Shown here: piece after piece, positions 43,481 to 52,278 of the stretch | Position numbering within the stretch: position 1 is the stretch's first letter | Layout: every line of letters begins with the position of its first letter | Notes under the pieces: generated by a model | Told to the model about the DNA's origin: nothing | The model's input: the letters and a program-made list of their open reading frames with translations, nothing else | Database searches by the model: none | IMG/VR virus record: IMGVR_UViG_3300047444_000299 | Coordinates: 64,001-128,000 of that record | From: a virus | Lineage: Duplodnaviria; Heunggongvirae; Uroviricota; Caudoviricetes | Reading direction: 5' to 3' (one strand) | Length of the DNA stretch: 64,000 bases | Translations under genes and position numbers: made by a program

Positions 43481-43746
43481 TGAATTTTGGTGAAGCATTA
43501 TCGGCATTGAAAGCCGGTGCTAGAGTCTGCCGTGCAGGCTGGAATGGTAAAGGCATGTTCCTGTATCTTGTATCAGGATCGAGATTTACCGTAAGTCGTG
43601 CGCCGTTGCTGGGATTGTTCCCGGAAGGCACAGAGATTGATTACTGCCCACACATTGATATGCGTACAGCCGATGGCAAATGCGCCGTGTGGACCGCAGC
43701 ACAAACCGATATCCTTGCCGATGATTGGCAATTAGTGAATATCTAA
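43480..43746 (+). CDS. DUF2829 / Thoeris anti-defence Tad2-like protein
   Basis: MNFGEAL.ALK.G..V.R.GWNGKGMF.YL ... ID.RTADG....W.A.QTD.LA.DW. Confidence 0.88.
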   Translation: MNFGEALSALKAGARVCRAGWNGKGMFLYLVSGSRFTVSRAPLLGLFPEGTEIDYCPHIDMRTADGKCAVWTAAQTDILADDWQLVNI

Positions 43747-43750
43747 AAAG

Positions 43751-43777
43751 AAAGGGAGCCATTGGCTCCCTTTTTTT
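43751..43777. terminator. bidirectional terminator
   Basis: AAA-GGGAGCC-ATT-GGCTCCC-T7 at a convergent junction. Confidence 0.9.
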
Positions 43778-43783
43778 ATTGTC

Positions 43784-44017
43784 TCAATGTCCGTAGTTGC
43801 AGCCTACAAGCACTTCACGACCATCTACCTGCATACGGAATTCAAAGGTTCCACAACAGCTTACCGCGTTGTCGTAGTCCACTTTCTGGTATGCATCATC
43901 AATGAAACACATCCTGTAACTATCGGAGTATTCCAAATCGTTATCATGGATATTCTCACGCAGTTTTTCCAAACATTGTGGATATCGTTTGAACAGTTCT
44001 TGCATTTCGGTTGTCAT
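43784..44017 (-). CDS. hypothetical protein
   Basis: 77 aa from MTTEMQ; C-terminal CCG..E......G.....GCNYGH. Confidence 0.7.
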   Translation of the reverse strand: MTTEMQELFKRYPQCLEKLRENIHDNDLEYSDSYRMCFIDDAYQKVDYDNAVSCCGTFEFRMQVDGREVLVGCNYGH

Positions 44018-44018
44018 G

Positions 44019-44360
44019 TTACACCGTTGGTTGTGGATTGGTTTCGAGGTTTTTGAACCATTCGATGCAATGATCCAGTAATCGGAGTCTGGCCGCACCG
44101 TATGGGTGTTCTGGGTTCCAGAAATCCCCTATCTGGGCGCGGTTAAATCCGCTATTCGGCGTAAGACCATTCCAACCGGGCACTGGATAGACGTTCAACC
44201 CACTGAAACTATCCCATTCGCGGAAACACAAATATTTCTTGTCAAACCAAACCTCACGAATGATTTGATATTCCGGGTGTTCTTCTACCGCCTGACAGAT
44301 TCCAAACCAATCGGTTTTGGGCCATTCTTTGATCTGTTCCAGTGCTTGCCAAACTTTCAT
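44019..44360 (-). CDS. hypothetical protein
   Basis: 113 aa; W..FSG...YPVP...NP...Y..ARL.LL motif. Confidence 0.7.
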   Translation of the reverse strand: MKVWQALEQIKEWPKTDWFGICQAVEEHPEYQIIREVWFDKKYLCFREWDSFSGLNVYPVPGWNGLTPNSGFNRAQIGDFWNPEHPYGAARLRLLDHCIEWFKNLETNPQPTV

Positions 44361-44596
44361 TCTTCTGTCTCACTCTCAGTTGGTTCTACAGGCAGAACAA
44401 TACATTCGTAATCAGACCACCGATTGTATTCCGGTGTTTCATGATCAGTGGATGTATCATAACCACGCTGTTCCCATTGTTCTACCCACGCTTCACCTCG
44501 GGCAGTACAGGTTGCTTTGTCTGGAACCGGTTCCGTCGAATGGGATAACGATGACCCACTGACCAGAATGTAAACAATCAGCATTTTCGAAAGCAT
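44357..44596 (-). CDS. hypothetical exported protein
   Basis: MLSKMLIVYILVSGSS signal-like N-terminus; two Cys. Confidence 0.6.
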   Translation of the reverse strand: MLSKMLIVYILVSGSSLSHSTEPVPDKATCTARGEAWVEQWEQRGYDTSTDHETPEYNRWSDYECIVLPVEPTESETEE

Positions 44597-44874
44597 TACA
44601 GCCCCTGTTCTTTGAGTTCGGCAATCCATTTGATGTAATGGGCTTTGCATACTTCGAATGTTTCCGACGACGACAACCCATGACCATCAAGTTTTAATGC
44701 AGATGCCAATGCATATCCAGCCGGATCGATGGTTCTAACCATCGCCATAACAGCCGGAACATGTTCACCCTGACCAGCCGCTTCCAAGGCATGGCACATG
44801 AACCGATAACCTTCATATCGAGTGCTGTAAAATTCTTTCTCAATACAAAATTCCAATGATTCTGACAATTTCAT
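44596..44874 (-). CDS. hypothetical protein
   Basis: 92 aa from MKLSESL; FMCHAL motif. Confidence 0.65.
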   Translation of the reverse strand: MKLSESLEFCIEKEFYSTRYEGYRFMCHALEAAGQGEHVPAVMAMVRTIDPAGYALASALKLDGHGLSSSETFEVCKAHYIKWIAELKEQGL

Positions 44875-44954
44875 GATGCATCTACCCCTGTAACTGCTTT
44901 GATAATGACCAGTAAGGCCACGACGATTGCTGAAAGAATGATTGGTTCCCACAT
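44871..44954 (-). CDS. 27-aa single-pass membrane peptide
   Basis: MWEPIILSAIVVALLVIIKAVTGVDAS; GGTGA RBS; ATGA overlap with the next gene. Confidence 0.5.
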   Translation of the reverse strand: MWEPIILSAIVVALLVIIKAVTGVDAS

Positions 44955-44986
44955 GAGAATCACCGTTTTTGTTCTGAATGGTCGCC

Positions 44987-45014
44987 ATCATACCCGAAAC
45001 AGAATTCATGTCAA
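44987..45014 (-). promoter_or_regulatory. early-type sigma70 promoter on the late strand
   Basis: TTCTG-TTGACA-16-TATGAT, immediately after terminator 45032-45060. Confidence 0.65.
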
Positions 45015-45061
45015 CAGAATTTTTAGACAATAAAAAAGGAGCCGAAAGGCTCCTTTTTTTA

Positions 45062-45637
45062 TTACGCAGTTGCTGTGAACGTCAGGGTATGGCTCAGTCC
45101 AGTGGACACGCCATTGTGTGTTGCAGTAACTGTGATAGTACGCACACCGATTGTGGTGAATGCGTGGGATTTGGTACGAGTTTCCGCACCACCGATTTGA
45201 TCAACAATCGAGCTATCGCCCCAGTCAATGGTGTAACCATTAACCAGACCCGGAGTACCACTTGCGGTGATAGTCAGAGCGGCGGTAGACGGTGCTTTAC
45301 CAGTTGCGATGTCCAACGAAATAGCGAAGGTCAGCGGGGTTGCAACGGTCAGGGTATCACCGGAAATGTGTGGCTTACCGTAAACGATAGTAGCACATTG
45401 GGTGATATCTTGAATTGCTGCGAATTTCGAACTTGATTGCGATCTAACCACACAAGATCCGTTGGTATCCATCCAGTATTTGATGGAATTCAGATAGGTT
45501 TGGCGGGAAGCTGGTTTGTAAGTGCCGATGGTACTAGTCCATCCAGCGTTGGTCGTAACGTACTTGAAAATATCATGGGGAACAAGGATTGCCCCAAGAT
45601 GATCAGCACGACCCGGTTTTAGGTTTGGAACGGTCAT
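45062..45637 (-). CDS. Hoc-like head decoration protein (Inh/Hoc domain plus C-terminal PKD/Ig domain)
   Basis: GGAG RBS; N-domain paralogous to Inh at 42962; C-terminal YTIDWGD...SHAF...G..TITVTA PKD signature; TATAAATA at 45684-45677. Confidence 0.65.
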   Translation of the reverse strand: MTVPNLKPGRADHLGAILVPHDIFKYVTTNAGWTSTIGTYKPASRQTYLNSIKYWMDTNGSCVVRSQSSSKFAAIQDITQCATIVYGKPHISGDTLTVATPLTFAISLDIATGKAPSTAALTITASGTPGLVNGYTIDWGDSSIVDQIGGAETRTKSHAFTTIGVRTITVTATHNGVSTGLSHTLTFTATA

Positions 45638-45762
45638 TATATTCTCCAATGATATTTTAGGTACAATACCTTTTATTATTTATATCACATCTTTTAGAAA
45701 CAAAAAAGGGGAACCCTTTCGGATTCCCCCTTTTAATTTGTTTTGAACCAGCTAACGATCTA

Positions 45763-47271
45763 TTACAGACCTTTAACAACTACACGGCGGAAGTATGGGT
45801 TCTTACCGATTGTACGCAGAGGCGAACCGTCGATGATTTGTGCTTCTTGCGGCAGAGCAAACGGGTTAACCGACATGGCATAACGAGTTTTCAGAGCCAT
45901 TACAGGTTGCATGTTCGCTGGGTTCTGTCCACGCAGGGTAGTCAGAGGAACATACGGGCTGTAGTACACACCAGCATCCATTTCAGTTTGGCCTTTGTAT
46001 CCAACTACGAAGTAGTCGAATTGGGCGTACTGGTCGATGAACACTTTGAAACGACCACCTAGAACACCAGCGAATACGCTGTTGTTGGTATCAGTGTTGT
46101 AACCGCTTTGTAGACCTTGCGCACCCAGACTAACCAGAGCGTCGGACATTGCCAGAGCAGAAACTACGTTACGGGAAGCGATAATGAAGTTACCGTTACC
46201 ACGTCCAGTCTGACGACCGATTTCGTTTGCTTCTTTTTCGATTTGGATCAACAGCGCTTTGTACGCTTCACCAGCCCAACGAGCGTTTTTAACGTCGTTA
46301 GCATCGGCTAGGTCGAATACACCAGCGGTAGTTGTACCAGCGGTCATACCAGCAGCACCAGTTTGGGCTTGGGTTAGAACGGTGTTAACTGTTTCGCGGT
46401 TGATTTCAACCAGAATTTCTTGTGCCAGAATACCGTACAGCTCGCTATCAGCATCCAGACCGTGAACAGCGCGCAAGTCTTGTGCAAGTTCAATAGAGTA
46501 TTGAGCTTTCAGTTGACGAGATTTTGCAGTTACAGTTTGTTTGTCGATACGGAACGACATTTCAGCGTATGGGTTACCCGAAGTACCGTTGAAGTTTTCC
46601 ATTGTTTCAGCGATGGAAGTCAACAGACCCGATCCAACTGGAACCAGTTGATTCGATTGAACCAGTGCAGCAAAGTCAGCGGCAGCATCAGTTGCAACAG
46701 TGTGGGAACCAACACCAACGTACTGCATGTATTCGCTCGAAGTGTTAGCCCCGGTGAATTTGATGAAGTCGTTTGGTGCAACAGTAGCAGCAGCAACGAA
46801 TGCTACAGCGTTAGGGATTTGCAGAGCGCCGATTGAAGAACCGTCGCCTAGGCTACCCGACCAGCCAGTTTGTGGTGCTTGACCCGGACGGAACGCTTCG
46901 GTGAAACCAGTTTGACGTGGGTTCGAACCGTATACGGAACGCAGGTAGAAAACTTGTCCAGATGGTTGAGCCAGTGGTTGTACACCAACGATGTCAAACG
47001 CCATCAGTTGTGGCATAACACGGCGAACCAGACCCATAACTACAGGAGCTGTACCAACGATACCACCAGTAGTTGTACCACCGGCTACACCAGCGGCACC
47101 GCCAGTATAATCACCCTGTACTTGGGCTTCGGTCAGATGACCAGTTTCGCGTAGGTCGCGCTCTTGGTTCTCAAGGACTGTTGCAATGATTTCCGATTTT
47201 TTAGCGGTTGCAATTGCAGGCAGTTCTTTGTCTTCCAGAAGGGCTTGCCACTTTTCAGTAAGAGCAGTCAT
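45763..47271 (-). CDS. 23: major capsid protein gp23
   Basis: LVRR.MP.L.AFD..GVQP...P.GQ.F.LR, EM.FRIDK..V.AKSRQLKA.YS.ELAQDLRAVHG.DA..EL, YYSPYVPL, QP....KTRY; TATAAATA at 47333-47326; terminator 45702-45734. Confidence 0.99.
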   Translation of the reverse strand: MTALTEKWQALLEDKELPAIATAKKSEIIATVLENQERDLRETGHLTEAQVQGDYTGGAAGVAGGTTTGGIVGTAPVVMGLVRRVMPQLMAFDIVGVQPLAQPSGQVFYLRSVYGSNPRQTGFTEAFRPGQAPQTGWSGSLGDGSSIGALQIPNAVAFVAAATVAPNDFIKFTGANTSSEYMQYVGVGSHTVATDAAADFAALVQSNQLVPVGSGLLTSIAETMENFNGTSGNPYAEMSFRIDKQTVTAKSRQLKAQYSIELAQDLRAVHGLDADSELYGILAQEILVEINRETVNTVLTQAQTGAAGMTAGTTTAGVFDLADANDVKNARWAGEAYKALLIQIEKEANEIGRQTGRGNGNFIIASRNVVSALAMSDALVSLGAQGLQSGYNTDTNNSVFAGVLGGRFKVFIDQYAQFDYFVVGYKGQTEMDAGVYYSPYVPLTTLRGQNPANMQPVMALKTRYAMSVNPFALPQEAQIIDGSPLRTIGKNPYFRRVVVKGL

Positions 47272-47401
47272 TCTATTCTCCAGAATGGAAATTGTTAAAA
47301 AGGTTTAAAAAGTTTCTGATATATGTATTTATATCGATTGATTTCAATTTTTCGCTAAAAAGTGAAATATTTACAAAATAATTTCACTTTTTATCTATTT
47401 C

Positions 47402-48193
47402 TTAACCTAGACGACGAGCTGCGCCTAGATATGCTTGCATATGCGAACTAACAGCAGGCTTTTCGTCAACAACCGGAGCACTTTCGGTAACTACGTCGGT
47501 TTTATCAGCGGCTGGGGCCGATGGCTTGCTAGCAATTGCTTCTACAATGCGTTTAACTTTTTCGGCATACACATCACTGAAAATCAGATCCGAGGCTAGT
47601 TCACGAACTTTTTCAGCTTGTGATTCGGCTAGGTCGGCTACAGCAGCATCAAGGATTTCTGCTTTCTTACTTTCACTGATTGTTTTGCTCAGTTCGATAA
47701 CTTTTGCTTGAGATTCGGCTAGAGTTTCTTTAACAGTCGCTAGTTCAGCTTCTGCGATACTCAGTACGTCTTTCTGTTCATCGGACAGTTTGATGTTATG
47801 GTTTTCAAACACACCAATCAGTTCCGCCATTAGGGAGCTAAACAGAGCAGCTTTAACGTTGGATTCGACAACTGGTTTGTTGTCGGCAACGAATTCTTCT
47901 GCAAAGTGCTTAACATAGGCGTCAACTTTGGCTTCCATTTCTTCTCTGACCAGAACTTTGTATTCTTCGGCCTTTTCGTTTAGGAAGTTTGTGTGTTCAA
48001 GGGCTTTGGCTTCCAGCTCTGTAACTTTTGCCTCTACCAGTGAGTCAACACCGGCTTTGGTTTGTGCGGCAACAGCGGCATTGAAAACTTCTACGAAGTC
48101 ATCAATCTTACCTGCCGGGGCACCAACACTTTCGAACAGCGCCTTTACTTCATCAGTATTTAGAAGCTCAGCGCCAATAGTTTTGTCAGTCAT
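47402..48193 (-). CDS. 22: prohead core scaffold gp22
   Basis: Acidic coiled coil, F.AAV, VD.Y......E...DN; C-terminal M.AYL.AA.RL; between 21 and 23; TATAAATA at 48228-48221. Confidence 0.9.
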   Translation of the reverse strand: MTDKTIGAELLNTDEVKALFESVGAPAGKIDDFVEVFNAAVAAQTKAGVDSLVEAKVTELEAKALEHTNFLNEKAEEYKVLVREEMEAKVDAYVKHFAEEFVADNKPVVESNVKAALFSSLMAELIGVFENHNIKLSDEQKDVLSIAEAELATVKETLAESQAKVIELSKTISESKKAEILDAAVADLAESQAEKVRELASDLIFSDVYAEKVKRIVEAIASKPSAPAADKTDVVTESAPVVDEKPAVSSHMQAYLGAARRLG

Positions 48194-48252
48194 TAAAGAC
48201 TCTCCAAGAATTGTTTGAAGTATTTATATCAATTGGACTGGGCATTCCAGCC

Positions 48253-49041
48253 TTAACCTAGATATTTTTTAAGTTCTTTTACCGGAACGGACCATTTGCT
48301 GGTATCGCATTCAATAATGAGAACGCCGCCCTTAGTGGACAATTTCATCCCATCTTGACCGGTGGTTGATTCAATGATCATCGGTGTATTTAGTCCTGCC
48401 AAATTACGCAGTCCGTAAGACACCCGATCCCAATCAGTTGTGGCTTTCTGTTTCAGCGGAATGTAAATTTGCCCATTGGACTCATATACCCCAGCCATGA
48501 TAGCGCCCGGTGCCGATTGGTTATGCACGAAATCAAAACCAGCAGTTAGTTGGAATTTAGTAATTTCGGTGTACGCTTTGCCGAACTTGGAACGGGCTTC
48601 ATTAATTTGAACCGCCTTTCCTAAACCACGGGTTGAAACCGTAGGAGTCCAGCCACCCTCGATCAAAGCTCGTACTGTCTGACCCTTTTCGGTGCCTAAC
48701 AGCTTGGCTCTGGCGCAAATGTTGTTCCCATCAACCCATAACTTTTCAATCAAATGACTGGCTTCGCTTAGAAGCACGTTAGGGCGTGGTGGGTGGTCGC
48801 ATTCGCCTAGGGCTTGGTGTCGATCTACATAACGTTCGATGTACTGTTGTACGGCCTCTGACATGACTTGGAAGGGGTATACACGCCCGTTCCCGTTCAA
48901 TGTCTCGGCTTGCATCGCAATACCTTCGACGTATAAATTTTTGTCGCCGCTTTTAGAAACTTCGGTAACCATTTCCACTTTGAAGTCTTCAACTTCCGTG
49001 AACAGGTACTCTTGCGACTCGACGATCAGTTGATCAGTCAT
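48253..49041 (-). CDS. 21: prohead protease gp21
   Basis: LY.EGI.MQAE..NGNGR.YP, ALGE.DHP, .SH.I..LW.DG.N, G..P.VS.RG.G, D.VH..SAP.A; TATAAATA at 49068-49061. Confidence 0.95.
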   Translation of the reverse strand: MTDQLIVESQEYLFTEVEDFKVEMVTEVSKSGDKNLYVEGIAMQAETLNGNGRVYPFQVMSEAVQQYIERYVDRHQALGECDHPPRPNVLLSEASHLIEKLWVDGNNICARAKLLGTEKGQTVRALIEGGWTPTVSTRGLGKAVQINEARSKFGKAYTEITKFQLTAGFDFVHNQSAPGAIMAGVYESNGQIYIPLKQKATTDWDRVSYGLRNLAGLNTPMIIESTTGQDGMKLSTKGGVLIIECDTSKWSVPVKELKKYLG

Positions 49042-49071
49042 GTTAACCTCTATCTGATAGTATTTATATCG

Positions 49072-49506
49072 TTAAATTTCGGAACTATCAGGGTTTGTCG
49101 GTGATCCCGCCTCATCCCCGGCGACCGGAGTTGCATACGTTCCCTGTGCGACAAGTGATTGATACTTCTTAGTGGCTTTGCCAAGCAGTTTGCGCATATC
49201 AAGCGAACCATCTTTTTTGATGTGCGATTCCTTGACGAGTTTCTTCACGACTTTCAGATCCAAGTAATCTTGAACCTTGATGTCGGTGTTTAGAACCCCG
49301 TTGGAATACTTACCCAATACTTGATTGTCTTCATCGTCGTCATTATCACTAATGTCATACGAATCCCCAACTTGCTTAGAAGTCAAATCGAGTTGGGTAA
49401 GAACCATTGCTAGCTCTTTTGGCCCCAACTCATATTTGTATCTGTAACCAGTACCGGTTGCCTCGTACAAAGTCCCAAGGATATCTTGAAGACCTAGTTC
49501 GAACAT
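49072..49506 (-). CDS. prohead core protein gp68-like
   Basis: Position between 67 and 21; weak sequence support. Confidence 0.5.
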   Translation of the reverse strand: MFELGLQDILGTLYEATGTGYRYKYELGPKELAMVLTQLDLTSKQVGDSYDISDNDDDEDNQVLGKYSNGVLNTDIKVQDYLDLKVVKKLVKESHIKKDGSLDMRKLLGKATKKYQSLVAQGTYATPVAGDEAGSPTNPDSSEI

Positions 49507-50048
49507 TACTTGCCCTTAGTCAGACGTGATAGTTCTGGATACTTTTGATGTACTTCTTTTTCCGACCAGCCCTGATCCTGCAACCATGCGGAAATCTTAC
49601 GGCCATCTTCTGGGGTCGCAACTTTAACTTTAACGACCTTGCCATCACCCGGTTCGGAAGCCGCTGCAATTCCTTTGCTTCTAAGTTGCTTAGATGCAGT
49701 TGCTGGGTTCCCAACTTCGAAAGATAGTGTACGCTCGGTCAGATCAGACTTTTTTGAGTCTTTGTCTTCCTTGTCGTCTTTGTCTTCATCGTCTTTTTTA
49801 TCTGACTCGTCTTTCTTGTCGTCCGACTTATCATCTTTTTTATCATCTTTATCATCTTTATCATCGCCGTCTTCTTTGTCTTTCTTGTCGGCAAAAGGGT
49901 TTTCACCCTTTGCTTCTTGGAAAGGTTTCAGAATTTCGGCTTTAACAGTTGCGCCGGATGCCAGAATTGCGGCTTTAACCGCTTCATCGAACTTCACTTG
50001 AAACTCGATAGGATTCTGTTCAAGGGCAGCGGTCAAAATCTCGCTCAT
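49506..50048 (-). CDS. prohead core protein gp67-like, acidic D/K-rich
   Basis: Position after portal; NP.EF...F..A N-terminus; D/K low-complexity tract ending in an LTE protease-type site. Confidence 0.6.
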   Translation of the reverse strand: MSEILTAALEQNPIEFQVKFDEAVKAAILASGATVKAEILKPFQEAKGENPFADKKDKEDGDDKDDKDDKKDDKSDDKKDESDKKDDEDKDDKEDKDSKKSDLTERTLSFEVGNPATASKQLRSKGIAAASEPGDGKVVKVKVATPEDGRKISAWLQDQGWSEKEVHQKYPELSRLTKGK

Positions 50049-50051
50049 GCT

Positions 50052-51674
50052 TTAAACCTCGGGGGTAGTTTGTTGATTAGGTGTTTGTCCACCGGGCATA
50101 CCGTCCGGGGCTGGGGCAAATGGGTCTGTATCAGAGATACCGCCGTTCATTGCCAAGTTACGCTGATCCGCAAGTTTATAAATTGGATCATTTTGTTCTT
50201 CGAGAATTTTCTTACGCTGTTCTTCGATTTCTTCGAGGGACATTTTCAGAATTTCTTGTGCGGCCCATTCATGCGAAACGTATACCCCAATAATGTCACG
50301 AACTTGTGCATAGTTGGTTAGACGCATTTGCATCATTTCGGCTTGCTTACGCTCGGCAAAATAAGAGTCGGCAGCGAATTTGACAAGAATTTCGTTTTTG
50401 TTCGCTTCCCATTCTTCTTCCGTAATGATTTTCTTCAAAATCAAATTGGTACGAAGCGGGTCTAGCAACAGGGTAGAGAATTTCAACAGCAAACGTTTGA
50501 TGAATTTATCAAACTTCAATTCTTCACGGGTGATTTCAGTACCACCGGCTCCAAAGTCGATCATTGCACCCGATTCAGCACGCGAACCCGGAACTTGCAG
50601 GGCGTCATACAGATTCTGTTTGTAGTAATTCAACAGATCCGTTGCGTCCATGCTATTGCCACCCGGTAGGGTATCAATTTCAGTACCTTTACCACCTTCA
50701 CGGCGCGGCAACCACATGTCTTCCAACATGGACTGGGTGTTGTAACCGTTTTTAACTTTACCAGTCGTTGCATCATATGACATTTTGTTCTTGAAACCGG
50801 TCATGATCCCACGAACGTATTGTTCGGCTTTCGCTTTCGGGAGGTTACCAGTATCGATATAGAACACACGACGTTCCGGCGCACGGACGATCATGTAAAT
50901 CAATGCAGCGTCTTCCAACATTTTCAGCATGTTGGCTGGTTTGATTGCTTGGTGAATATATGAAATGATCATTTTGCCATCCGGTGCCAATAGGCCGGAG
51001 TGTGCATAGGTGACCATATCGACCGGCAGGATATAATCCTTACGCATTCCGTATCCAACATGGATAGGGTCGGTCTTGTCTACTGGGCGGTACACAAAGA
51101 AGTCGTGAACACCAGTGACAATTTCATTACCATCAATATTTTGTTTTCTATTTTCTCGAACCTTAACAACTTGCTTTGGTTCCAGAATGCGCAGTTCTTG
51201 AATGCCTTTCTTCGGGTTGTTAGGATCAATTACCTTGAGCATAACTTTCCGACCATCGACGTACCAGTCTCGGAAGTAATCATACCCCTTGTGACGGTAA
51301 TCAAGCATTTTCAGAATCAGCTTGAATTCTTCGGACATTTTTAGCTGGATAGCAACACTGAAATCTGTTCCGTCCAGATTTAAGCAGGCCGGGTCTTCAT
51401 CCATTACAATTGCTTGGTCGCATATATCTGATATACCGGAATGCACTTCATGATTTGAAGCAATGTCGCGATACATATCAATAAGGTCTGGCAGGTTTTT
51501 ATATGACGGTTCAAGGTCTATGCCATGCCCACGCCAGTTTTGAAACGCACCAGTATCCATGACATCATGTTCAATCGCCGCGTCGTCGTTAGCAGGGCCA
51601 ACAATAGACGGAAGCTGAATAGTTTCGTCTTCGAACGGTTTGAACATTTTCTGGATGAATGTAGGTAGTGCCAT
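50052..51674 (-). CDS. 20: portal protein gp20
   Basis: WYVDG, ISY.H.AIKP.N.LKMLEDA..IY...RAPERRVFYIDTGNLP..KAEQY, EDMWLPRREGGKGTEI.TLPGG, ITREELKF.KFI. Confidence 0.98.
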   Translation of the reverse strand: MALPTFIQKMFKPFEDETIQLPSIVGPANDDAAIEHDVMDTGAFQNWRGHGIDLEPSYKNLPDLIDMYRDIASNHEVHSGISDICDQAIVMDEDPACLNLDGTDFSVAIQLKMSEEFKLILKMLDYRHKGYDYFRDWYVDGRKVMLKVIDPNNPKKGIQELRILEPKQVVKVRENRKQNIDGNEIVTGVHDFFVYRPVDKTDPIHVGYGMRKDYILPVDMVTYAHSGLLAPDGKMIISYIHQAIKPANMLKMLEDAALIYMIVRAPERRVFYIDTGNLPKAKAEQYVRGIMTGFKNKMSYDATTGKVKNGYNTQSMLEDMWLPRREGGKGTEIDTLPGGNSMDATDLLNYYKQNLYDALQVPGSRAESGAMIDFGAGGTEITREELKFDKFIKRLLLKFSTLLLDPLRTNLILKKIITEEEWEANKNEILVKFAADSYFAERKQAEMMQMRLTNYAQVRDIIGVYVSHEWAAQEILKMSLEEIEEQRKKILEEQNDPIYKLADQRNLAMNGGISDTDPFAPAPDGMPGGQTPNQQTTPEV

Positions 51675-51721
51675 TTGGTATCCCAATTTAGAATAGGGGG
51701 CCAAATGGCCCCTGTTTCACA

Positions 51722-52222
51722 TTAAACTGAAGAAGAAGGTTCCCACCAGTCGATTGCTAGAGTAACTTCAAACGTTTCAATTTCGTTGTTGGTATCCCAG
51801 TCCAGTTCAATTGCTGCAACTGTAGTTGGGAACATCCCGACAATGAGGTATTGAACAGTCTGATTACCTTTACGGTCGAACTGACGAACATAACCATTTT
51901 TCTTGTAATCTTCCGGTGCGTCACCGTAGATGTTGCGATCTTGCTGGTGAACCATACGGCTCCAGTCAAGAAACTGTTCACGAACAGAATGACCTGTATC
52001 GTTGTAAACAGTAACCGTCCAGTCTTCGAATTCGCGGTCACCACCTAGATTGATTTTACGGTTCTGATATCCAACCGGAACTTTTTCTACCGTAGAAGCT
52101 GGTAGAGAAGTGGCTTTACATTTGAACTTGAAATCACGACCTAGGAATGGAATTTCGACTTCGAATAAGTTCGGACGGGCCGCATCACCAAGGATCGCGC
52201 CAATTTGCATTTCCAATGCCAT
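51722..52222 (-). CDS. 19: tail tube protein gp19
   Basis: ARPNLFEV, F.CKAT.LP, NRKI...GDR.FEDWTVTV.ND, FP......LDWD.NNEIETFEVT; TCTAAATA at 52249-52242. Confidence 0.97.
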   Translation of the reverse strand: MALEMQIGAILGDAARPNLFEVEIPFLGRDFKFKCKATSLPASTVEKVPVGYQNRKINLGGDREFEDWTVTVYNDTGHSVREQFLDWSRMVHQQDRNIYGDAPEDYKKNGYVRQFDRKGNQTVQYLIVGMFPTTVAAIELDWDTNNEIETFEVTLAIDWWEPSSSV

Positions 52223-52278
52223 TGTGTTTGTTTCCTATGTATATTTAGAAGGGGTCTTTTGACCCCCTCATTTAACGA

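Noticed and set aside
49760-49890. Tandem GAT/AAA-type repeats in the gp67-like gene
   Set aside because: Explained by an Asp/Lys low-complexity coding tract typical of prohead core proteins
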